Assembly (NCBI GenBank): GCA_051362555.1
Contig: CM120643.1
Coordinates: 13,614,644 to 13,678,643 of the forward strand
Direction of reading: 5' to 3'
From: Lingula anatina
Lineage: Eukaryota > Animalia > Brachiopoda
DNA: 64,000 nt
Below the pieces are notes generated by a model. That model saw only the letters and a list, made by a program, of their open reading frames with translations. It was not told where the DNA came from and searched no databases. This document shows positions 49,670 through 60,310 of the stretch, piece by piece. Each line of letters starts with the position of its first letter. The stretch's first letter is position 1. A program made the position numbers and the translations under genes.

Positions 49670-51761
49670 CTTTATGCCCTACATCATATTCCGACAACAA
49701 GTACAGTTCAACTGACACAGCCGATATGTGTGTATCAGTATTAAGTTTTCCTCTTAACCTAGAATCTCTTTTAACGATTTCATTGTTTTTTATTGATAAC
49801 TTCCCTTTAGAAAATCTGTGCGTAATACCATTACACTACAACAATGGCAAAATTTTGGAATCGGGAGATGAAATTACCAACAAAGGCACTGAACAAATAT
49901 TGAACAAAGGGAAGGCCATGTCCGCCAACCAAAACACCAGATACACACAATATTTGATGAAAACTCGCGGCATGAAGTCTAGAGGAATATCAATACACAA
50001 ATCGCCTGCATGTTCGCCATTGTCAATACGATCATAAATGTGCTGCAATTTTTTTTTCGTTCTTGAAAGAATATAATAAAGGGAAACAAGTTTCCCTAAA
50101 ACAACAATCAGACGCCTGCATACGTGTATGAGAAACTTGAAATGCGATCTTTGTGTATCTGTCTGGTTTGTTCCACAAAGGCCAACAGACGAGTTCTTTT
50201 TGAGTGTTTTTTAGTCTGTGTCCCAGAAAAAAGCATTTTAACACCCCAGCATTTGTTAGAAATGGATCAAACACGTTATAAAAATTGTATTGTCTATAAT
50301 CCTCATTTCGCCATTTCCATATCCAGGGTTTTGGTTGGGTAATGGCTGCGCTTTATTTGGTTGCGTCATACGTTCACATTGTCCTAGCGGAGAGAACGGA
50401 TGCACTTATTACATGAAGCCATAGAAGTATGATGAAACGAAACGGCTGCTGAGTCATCTATAACAATATCTTCAGGGAACATTATGGGAGAGTGAATTTT
50501 TTCGATATCCGCTTAGGGGCTCATTCCCATTGAAAATACGACTCTACGACTCTACGTAGATCGACTCAACTCCGTGGGGACTGTCGCTGAATGCAAACAG
50601 GCTAACATATTTACATGCCTCAGAAATAAACGCTGTCGCGTTAAAGAATAATGTTGTGGAATCATAATACATCGGGGGAAATTTTCTAACTCGAGCTGAT
50701 GACGTTGCAGCAGCGTTTGTTGGCTGAATTTAGATGTAATTTAGATGTTAAACACATCTGTCTCGTCTGAACAGCAAACAACACCGTTTTAACGCCCATT
50801 TAATCACAACGTTAAGTGCTATTATCTGGCTCCAGGATTTTTTGAAAGCTTTTTTCTGATTAATTGCACAGGTAATAGAGAGACAAAATTCTACCTTTTT
50901 TTCCATCAGCTCTCGAATGTTATCTAACATGAACAACTTTTTACATCCGAAAAGATTAAATTTATGAAAATTCATGAAGGCAATTTTGAAAAAATAACTC
51001 TCCGGAAAAAACATGATTGACTAACTGCTTACTTTTTATTATTTTGTTGGGTTTCTCTGTATCTACATTTTGTAAATGGTTATCGAGAATAGATAATCTG
51101 AATCTGATTTTATCAGTAAAGAGGCAGAATAATGCCTTTGTTTAATAAAGCATTGTAATTAGGGGTCCATATCTTTTAATAAAGAAGTTTAAATCAAAAC
51201 GCTGACATCGGATTGTAGTTCACACCGTGTGGTCGTCAACCAAGCCAATTAACTTGAAAATATCTTACTCAGGACTATATCTGTAGGTGAAGTGTCAGTT
51301 TTCTCTTTTTTTTTTACCACCAAACTGAAACTTTTTGCAATTATATAAACATTCAAGAGTTTTTATAAGACTTCATTTCAGAGAGTTTTGAGTGATATTT
51401 CCATTGACCATCGTGTAACAAGCTATTTTTAAGAGCTACCAAACCCAATGAAAGTTTTCTAACTTTTGAAAATAAAGTTTCTCAAATTTTGGTACCAATC
51501 AAAGCTATTTTAGCGACGAAGTAGAAATTGTTATCATTTGCTCTATATGAAGAGTTTTTTTAACATTGAACACCATTGATTACGACACCATTACACGCGA
51601 AAACAAGGAAATATAGAATACCACGCCCGTGAACTATAAATGGGGAGAGATTGTAAAGTAGTAAAGTCGAGTCGACTCATAATTAAAAGATGTCGTACAC
51701 AAATTTACAATTACATATTGTTGTCAGATAGTTCTGCTATTTAAAATATCGTTTTGGTATT

Positions 51762-52049
51762 CAGGCCTACCCAACTACCAGGCTCGGCACCGAATAATCC
51801 TGAATTCACAGGTAGATCGGACCACAATACCCCTTTTCAAGGTGTGTATCAGTACGCTCTTCTAGGTATCAGACGCGACACAGCTCTTGCCTAGTACGCG
51901 ATGTGATAGTGATGATTCACAGCGGGGTTGGAAGGTAGTGCATCTCATTTCAAAATTTGTTCCGGGGTATTATACTATGATATGCGTCTTGACGCACACC
52001 TTGAAATTCGGGATCATTCGGTGCCGAGTCTGGTAGTTGGGTAGGCCTT
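51762..52049. mobile_element. hairpin MITE with CAGGCC termini and 5-bp TSD GTATT
   Basis: AGGCCTACCCAACTACCAG.CTCGGCACCGAAT is inverted at the other end. Confidence 0.8.
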
Positions 52050-52879
52050 GTATTGCAACCAACACTTAGCCCTAAAAGGTTTCTCGGCAGTTGAAATATT
52101 TCCATCACGCCATAACCTGTGTAAATCAAATTAATGTACTTTCCTTTATCAAAAAGACTCATCGTATGCTATAATTTAAAAAATCAATTCATGAAAGGTG
52201 TTCCTTTTCACGCGAGACTTTGATGCCCTAATAGCCATTAATACCCATTACTTTGTTTCTGTGGATCTCACCTTGTGAAGGGGCGCGTGCTATTGCGCTT
52301 CCGTTTCTAAGCAATAAGCTCTTGCAGGAATAGGTGTGATGATTTAATTTACACGAACCTGACAACAGCAAATAGTTGTAGAGTGTTCTGACAGTGAGTT
52401 GCTGCTGTGGCGATATGATTCACTGAATGCCTCTCTCACCTTGTGAATTACGTAAAAAAAAAGACACATTTCGAGCAATTGAAAATAATGTACAGTAGTT
52501 TACCAGTAGGCTTTGTTAGAAGCGAAATATGGGCGAAAAAATACATAGTTTTCCAGATTAACTGAATATTTCTCCTGCTGTAAGACGGTTCAGACATGTA
52601 CGTAGGCCTACACATTCAATAAACTGTTATCGATTGGCATATAGGCCTTTAATCGATAGCAACTAAGGGTATATCACAAGTGGATCTGGTATCAGAAGTT
52701 AAACATGGTTAAGAAGATACGTGACCTGCCAATCCCAAGGAGCGGTATATTGGCTTAATTAAAACAAAGGGATAGCACTTCTGTATGTTGACATTTAGCA
52801 TAAACCTCATTTGACCTATGCCGTGCGCCCCTGCGCAAGATATGTTCGGATACGATTTCCACGCTGACACTGCCTAGGT

Positions 52880-53535
52880 GAGTGCGGTGTAGTAGTGTCG
52901 TTTTTCATAAACATCCCTGACACTCAGAAACAAGAGGCATTAAAAGTAGCAAAATATTCCATTTTAAGGGTGTGTGCGGTAGTGTCGTGTTTCAAAACAC
53001 GGTTCTGGCAACCAGAAGATAGTGTCGTTTTTCAGAAGCGTTAAAAGTCACAAAAAATATTCATTTACGAGGTGTTGACAGTGTTAGTAATATCAATATA
53101 ATTTTTTTAAAAAGAAACCTCCTTGTATTGTAGTAAATTGTAACCTACATACTTGGAATAAATGGTACAGTGCTTGTTACCTTTTATTTCGGTAACCTCC
53201 AGGCTATACAATGGTATACAAAGAGTAACACACGACAATGAGGAAACACGAAGGAACGGAGGGAGAGGCGAAGTACCAAGATTAACACAGCCTGGAAACC
53301 GAGCTGGGTGTTAGGGTGTCTCCTAGCGTTGCGCGATAACCGAGATTAACACAAATTTCTGGATGCCAGAATCGTTTATGGGAAAAAAACAGCACTAGTT
53401 TCTGGTTGCCAAAATCGTTTTTGAAAACCAAAACTGGAAATTAAACTTCAGAGTCCCATAAAACGATTTTAGTAACTCAGAACTAATGGGCTTTTTTTTT
53501 TTTCGAAAAAAAAAAAAAAAAAACGATTCTGGTAT
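52880..53535. repeat. degenerate element with multiple subterminal inverted/direct repeats
   Basis: TAGTGTCGTTTTTCA repeated three times on the left; TTCTGGCAACCAGAA (~53003) inverted as TTCTGGTTGCCAAAA (~53400). Confidence 0.5.
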
Positions 53536-55065
53536 ACTTCGGTGCAGAGTAATAAATCTGGCATGCAAACTTGTATATTGAGTTTTGATAAGATAAACTT
53601 AACACGAAAGAATAGCGTATGCGAAAAAAATCATCACGATCCACCCACAAAATTTCCCACATTGTTACTAACAGACAAAGACTAGATATTAAAATGTTAA
53701 ATCAATCGGTTTCTTTAAAATAATTCAATTTAAAAAAAATTCAATTATTAAAATATTATATCAACCAGTTTCTTTAAAATAGTTTAGATCTCGTATATTT
53801 AAATTTCTGAGGGCCCATGGGACAAAAGTTTTTGCAGATCTAACAGTTCTAACTTTTGTATATACAAGTTCTAAGGGTGTCTCAGAGAATGCGAATGTTC
53901 TTTAACTTTTGGTAATAAATGGTTCAATCTATGCTATTCTGTACACATGCTTGTAAACATTTTATTGCATTATTAAATGTCTTGCCACGAATTTAGGGTT
54001 CTTGTTTTAGTTTGATGACTTACAGTATTATTGGAAATTTTCCTCGTGAGCAAGATGAGCAAAAACCATTACACAGGACACGCGGAGTAAGAGACAGTCA
54101 CACAAACTCAAGGTCACAAGGTCAGACACATAGACAGACATGCAAAAGCAGGAGCAAGCTAACACGAGGCCTAAAAACCAACAAGTGAACGCGATAGCGG
54201 ACATGTGTTTTCAGAACAGCAAACAGGCGCTTCCAAATGATGTGACTAACCCCGCTCGGGAAATACATACATAAGCCCGTTTGCAGACAAACGTAATTGG
54301 CCCTACATACTAAACAGGGAACGCACTTGAACAGTATGCTTCATAATGTTTTGTCGATTTTTCCAATAGATGTTGTATCATATGCAACTGCAACCTGTTA
54401 AATGTATAAAATTGCAAAGTTAACAAAAATGCATTAAATGGCTAGGTGAAATGCAATGCAGTTCGTTCGATCGCTTCACGGAGTGCTTTGGACTTCCATC
54501 GTGTACAGTACAATGCAGGCATGCTGGGAGTACTTCTTCTCTGTTCGTCTCTGTTAATTGCGTCGTTAAAATATCGAACCTGGGGAACTGAGCACTTGGA
54601 ATTCCAACCCAGGCAAATGCCCAAACTGCAGCTTAATGGTTTAAGCTTAAGGTTACTGCCTCTCACTGACAACTAACTTGTAGGATGTTTAAAATGTCAC
54701 AATAAGTAGATGATTGGTCAGCCAGGCTGCACAATATTGATTATTCAATTTCCAAATGCCAGATCACCAAGCAACTAATACAGTATGGTCGACTTGATAT
54801 GTGAAAGAAACGCCAGATCTGATGAGAGAGATTAATCGGCAGTTGTCATATTATATCACAGATAAATGGTTATAAATTTCGGGGAAAAGGTAATTGCAGA
54901 TAGGGGCACGTGCATATTTTCAGGGTCAACATTTGCTCTGCCTAGTACATGAAAACTGTAGAAAGACTTTTAGAACTGAATTAAACAGGATCTTTTTTGC
55001 GTGTCTCTGGAAACTAAAACGCTGGACAATTTCGTAAATTTCAATAAAGCGCTGAAAAAAGTACC

Positions 55066-56808
55066 ATGGACCACAAATGGCCTGTACTGCAAGCATGGGC
55101 AGTGTTCAATGAAGACTTCGAAGAAGGATTTTTGGATCGCAAAAATCTCACAGAGGCAATCTTGAAAGATTCCGTGAACACGGTTCTCGCAATTCTGACC
55201 AATTATCCAGCAGACTTAGATCAAATTTCACTTATAAATCGTTCATCTCAAAATCCACACGGATTATTAAGATCCCATTTGGAAGGATGTCCATCAGTCC
55301 GCCTACCCCATATGGTGGCCGCTATGTGTGGATCGGTCAAATGTGTAAAACTCTTCCTTTCCATGGGTATTAATGTGGATGCTACCGAGCACGAAAACAG
55401 CGTGATTCATGTGTTGGTATGGGGTTCGTTAATGTGGCCAACCAAGATCGGAAATTACATAAATATTTACAGATACTTAGAGGCTACCGTGGAGAAGTAT
55501 ATTTTTAAGAAGATGCTGATGCATGAAAACGACCGTGGTCTTCGTCCATTGGAATTGGCAGCCATGTTGGGGACACTGGCTATGTTAGATACAATCTTCA
55601 ACACTGAAGGCATCTATCGCTTTAGGCAACCGTCACCAGTGCTACAGAACTACGACTATTATGATGTCACTGAATATCACGTGTCAACTGGTACACGTCA
55701 CATGCAAAGTCCTTTCTTTCAATTAATGATGCTGAGAGAGTCTCAAGTCAAAGAGAAAGAAACTACAGAATTCCTCACATCGCCTTTGATTAAGACGTGG
55801 ACCAGAGCGAGCATTCGTTGCCTTAGAGGGTTTAACATTGTCACGATATTGATAACGTTTTCATATTGTATACTAGTTTATATTGTGATTCAAAGTATAC
55901 AAGCATCTAGAGCTCAGAAAATACCCCTTGACGATTTCCTGAGATCGCACGGTTTTGGATGCAGTATTGTCGTGCTTTTGGAGTCTTTGGTGATTTTCGT
56001 AGAAAAGATCATACTGTTTGTTAGATTCTTTAGACTGAGAAAGGAGCCAAGTTTTCGTCTTTTTAAATTTGTAGACATGCAAAGAGGAAGAAAACGAATA
56101 GTGGACATAAAGGCTTTACACTTGACTGCGGCAGCCCAATGTTTGATCATAATTGTCCTGCTTCCTATGGTTATGACGGCACCGGCAGATGAAACAAAAT
56201 TTCCGATCTTGTATTTCTGCATTTATTTCTTCTCGGCGCTTCTGTCGTGGCTGAACGTTTGGCACTTCCTCTACTTTTTGCAGCTGTTACCCATTGTTGG
56301 CTACTTCATAGTCGTGTTTCAGCGAATGCTTCATGAAATTCTTAGATTTATTGTCTTGCTCAGCCTTTTCCTAGCTACGTTCGCTTTAATATTCTATTCA
56401 CTCCTTCGATATCCCTGCGACAACACTTTAGACCTTTCTTTCATTACCTTCCACGATTCATTTTACACGACCTTCAAAATAATGCTAAACATGGAGGATA
56501 TCACCCAATTTGCTGAAAAAGAATCCCCCCTGGCTTATGTTTTGACCATTGTTCATATGTTATTTTTCCTAACCTGTACCATTTTGGTCATCAACTTCAT
56601 GATTGCCGTCATGTCGAACACGGTCTCTGTTATGTTTGAGTACGAGGCAGTGTATCGGACCTTGGACATTGTTGCCAAGTTGAATAATGCGGAAGGTTAC
56701 ATCACCAGGTGCCTTCCGTGCATACGACCAGCCCTGACCAGGGGTTTTGTTCAAGAGGATGGAAAAGTATACTTGCTTGTTTGTGACAAATTGAATATAG
56801 ATGATTGA
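55066..56808 (+). CDS. intronless TRPV-like cation channel (ankyrin repeats + 6TM), 580 aa
   Basis: Ankyrin-type NDRGLRPLELAAMLG, YDVTEY, S4-S5 LYFLQLLPIVGYFIVVFQRMLHEILRF, pore helix SFYTTFKIMLNMED, S6 ILVINFMIAVMSNTV (cf. TRPV LMLNLLIAMMGDT); in-frame stop just upstream of the ATG. Confidence 0.9.
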   Translation: MDHKWPVLQAWAVFNEDFEEGFLDRKNLTEAILKDSVNTVLAILTNYPADLDQISLINRSSQNPHGLLRSHLEGCPSVRLPHMVAAMCGSVKCVKLFLSMGINVDATEHENSVIHVLVWGSLMWPTKIGNYINIYRYLEATVEKYIFKKMLMHENDRGLRPLELAAMLGTLAMLDTIFNTEGIYRFRQPSPVLQNYDYYDVTEYHVSTGTRHMQSPFFQLMMLRESQVKEKETTEFLTSPLIKTWTRASIRCLRGFNIVTILITFSYCILVYIVIQSIQASRAQKIPLDDFLRSHGFGCSIVVLLESLVIFVEKIILFVRFFRLRKEPSFRLFKFVDMQRGRKRIVDIKALHLTAAAQCLIIIVLLPMVMTAPADETKFPILYFCIYFFSALLSWLNVWHFLYFLQLLPIVGYFIVVFQRMLHEILRFIVLLSLFLATFALIFYSLLRYPCDNTLDLSFITFHDSFYTTFKIMLNMEDITQFAEKESPLAYVLTIVHMLFFLTCTILVINFMIAVMSNTVSVMFEYEAVYRTLDIVAKLNNAEGYITRCLPCIRPALTRGFVQEDGKVYLLVCDKLNIDD

Positions 56809-57613
56809 CTTTAATTTGTCTCTTTGTAAAAACATAGAGAAAGTCGCACTCCGCGGAATACAGCATGAATTATGTGTAACTATCTGTTGTTTGTCGTCAC
56901 TGTCATATGAGGTATACATGTATACATTCTGCATAAATGAGATGAGATAAATATAAAAAATCATGTACAGCCATAAGCAGTAATGCATTTTGTTTCAAAC
57001 AGTATAAATCAGATAGTATAATCGATATGTAAATTTTGTAGTACTGCTCAACTTAAAACATATATCGTAGAAAGGTACACATTAATGTCTTATATAGTTA
57101 CAACGTAGTCATAGAAAAGCCGTGAAACACGACTGTGGGTTTCTTGCACCTCGTATGAGCTGGGCGGGGCAGGCATGACTCACAGGAATTGGGCGTTGCC
57201 ACAGTGACGGTATTAAACATTTTATTAATCGCAAAGAACGATTTAAATTCTCTTTTGTGCAAGGCATTATTACTTTTAAATTATCCTTACTTGGACATGG
57301 TGTCAATTGCAATTTGTATATATACTCTGGTTATTTATTATTACAATTATTTGGCTTTTTAATTCAGGATGATTTGCACTAATCCCAACACACGTCCCAT
57401 TACATTAGTTTTTCAAAGATTGGGTGCCCTATGTACAGTGTTATGTGCAGTGCATTTTACATTTCACTTCACCCAGAAGAAAAGCATAGAGAAACATTAT
57501 GTAAAACTCCTTTTTCACTATTTTATTAAAATTCTTCTCAAATGCGAGTAAATGCATCGCTTTCCGAATAAAATAGATATATAATTACGAATATGATAGT
57601 TTTAAACAACGTG

Positions 57614-57673
<60 letters not shown>

Positions 57674-57854
57674 AACTACCAAAAGGTGCGATAGGCAATG
57701 CGCTCACCCTTTGTATTCATACCGATACCCAAAACGCATAGAACCCGACATATAGGAATATTATATATCAGATATTGTACGTACATGGTGAATTAATGTC
57801 GATATGTTTGTCTACATAATGCTTAGTTTTTGAATTAAAGTAAATCTACTACGT

Positions 57855-57908
57855 AATATAATATAATATAATATAATATAATATAATATAATATAATATA
57901 ATATAATA
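57855..57908. repeat. (ATATA)n pentanucleotide microsatellite between the converging TRPV 3' ends
   Basis: direct reading. Confidence 0.9.
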
Positions 57909-58488
57909 TTTAAGAAGCATTAAATAATTCTGCTTAAAGTTGTTAATTGTGGAGCGGAATGAAGTATCAAGTGTTTTATTCAAGTGTTTAAATAAACAAA
58001 TATGTTGGGAGGGGTTTTACATTTTATTTTGGAGGATTCCCACCATTCTTTAAAACATTGATTAACAAAGTTTTATGCCCTGTTCACACTGCAGCTGTAG
58101 AATAATGTAAGTGCACTGAAAATAAATGATGCTACGTTAGTGTGGGATGAGATTAAAGTTGTAAACACTTGCTCTTAAATTGTGAGATTGTCCTCATTAA
58201 AAAGTTCAAATTTTATAACTAAATTGGATTCAAGCCATAAATTGTTACATTCACACATACATGCATACATTAATAGATATATAAATAGTTAAATATAAAT
58301 ACGGTTTATTATACATGTATCATGATGTTCGGAGCTTCAAAATTGGTCCCAAAATTGTATTTCACTTTCTCGTTTGTTCAGCCTCAAATACATTTTACAC
58401 AAAACTGACCAGTCTTATCTCGCTGAGAGATCTTTTGCAAAAGTCCCGCAAAAAGCCTGCAGATATAGTTATTTCCCAATTGCAGACG

Positions 58489-60263
58489 TCACTCGTCCTC
58501 ATCTATCATATAATTCCTGTTCAGAGAGTCAGCGTTAATGGATAATCGTTCGAATTCCTCCAAACTGTACCAGACCCTGAGGTACCATTTGTCGTCATTG
58601 TTGACATACACTGACATGTTCAGACACCTTCGATAACAGAAAGAATTAGCTTTGACTGCGCTCTTATGATATATGGCAAGCTTCTGTAAAATATCAACAA
58701 TCTCTTTGTGCGCGTGGAGCTCTGACACTGTGTTCGACATTGTACCAATCAAAAAATTCATTATAAGGACTGCAACGAATAAAATGTATATAATGTGTAA
58801 AACCACAAGTACGTGCATTTCTGGTGTGCCAGGGTTTGCTAACGCGGAAACATCAACCATATTTAGCATGATCATGAAAGTTGAATAAAACGACAGACCA
58901 AGGCTACCGAAGTAATCTTCACAGAAGGGAAGGAGCAAAGAGAAAAACATGAGACTGAATGTCCATATGAAAATGCCTAATAGTAACAAGAATTTTGTTA
59001 AGTCGCCCAACATGCGCTCGAAAACTAATACGTAATGCCCTATCTTTGGCAGGAGCTGCATGTAATAAAGAAAACCCCATAAGTTTAACAATATCAAAAT
59101 ACTCTGCAACATATATGCCACAAAGAACAGCCATAGGCTGTCATCATTGAGGAAAACCAGCACAAATAGGGCTATCATACATATGCTTTGCAAAAAATAA
59201 ACAATGTCCTGGCTGTAAATGAAAACAACGTTTTTTCTGCCCAAAGAGAGTATTATTTTTCTGAAACCAAAGCCCTGTTTTCTTTTCGAAATAGCGTTAG
59301 AAATAAACAACTTAATTTTTTGGCCAGCGATAAAAATACTAACTCCAAAAAAGAAATAGAGATTCATTGACAACAAGGTCCGGAGGAAGGAGAAAAAAGG
59401 ATCTGAGCTCAAATTCTTACAGTCAACAGTGGTGAAGGACTCATTCCCTGTGCCCGACCCATTTGTCGCTGAAATGTTGTACCAATACTTTTGAAAAGAT
59501 TGCTCGTGCACGTAATTCAAACGCAATCCAATCACAAGCATCCAGAACATTATACCAAACAGGATCTCACCAAAAACCTCATGAATCAGAAATAGTCTCA
59601 CCATTTTAGCATAAGCCTGTGTCCAAGCCTTGATGAGGGGGCACATCAAAAAAGCTTTGGTTTCATTATTCTTTAAATGGAATTCTTCAAGATATATCAA
59701 ATGAATGAAAGGGCACTTTGAAGAGCGAGAACCGGAAGTGACGTGGTAATCTGTGATATCATACCACACTTGTTGTTGCAGTGCTGGAGATGGCTTAGGG
59801 TACATGTAAACCCCTTTTGTGTTGAGAATAGTCATCATAAGCGGCAGTGTTCCAAGGACTGATGTCAACTCAAGTGGGCGCAACCCAAGGTCGTTCTCCT
59901 GGAACAGCAGTTTTCGCAGTGTAATGAGCGGTACATGTGATTCCAGAATCTTGTAAATCTGCTGATATTGTCCCATGCGTTCTGGCCACAGTTTACCGGC
60001 CCATATCAAAGCGTGAATGATGTTATTACTAGATTCTGATGATTCTATATCAATTCCGGCTGATAGCAGTAAGTGGAAACATCTGATAGATCCTCGCATT
60101 ACGGCGATCATCAGAGGAAGACAAAATGTTGGACATTCATTGCTCAAACTAGGTGCTGGGTCGTGTTGAATGTCAAACGGAGAATTGATAATGCCTCTAT
60201 CGATGGTTAGTAAAAGATCTCTCAACGTTTCGTGGTCATCTTGCAGTAAAGCCTGCAAATACG

Positions 60264-60267
<4 letters not shown>
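58489..60267 (-). CDS. TRPV-like paralog 2, uninterrupted main body downstream of the LINE insertion
   Basis: ENDLGLRPLELTSVLG, WYDITDY, LYYMQLLPKIGHYVLVFERMLGDLTKF, SFYSTFMIMLNMVD, VLIMNFLIGTMSNTV. Confidence 0.85.

Positions 60268-60310
<43 letters not shown>

Noticed and set aside
49836-50048. HIYDRIDNGEHAGDLCIDI resembling a CR1/L2 RT segment
   Set aside because: The similarity is too short and the following KAFD motif is absent.
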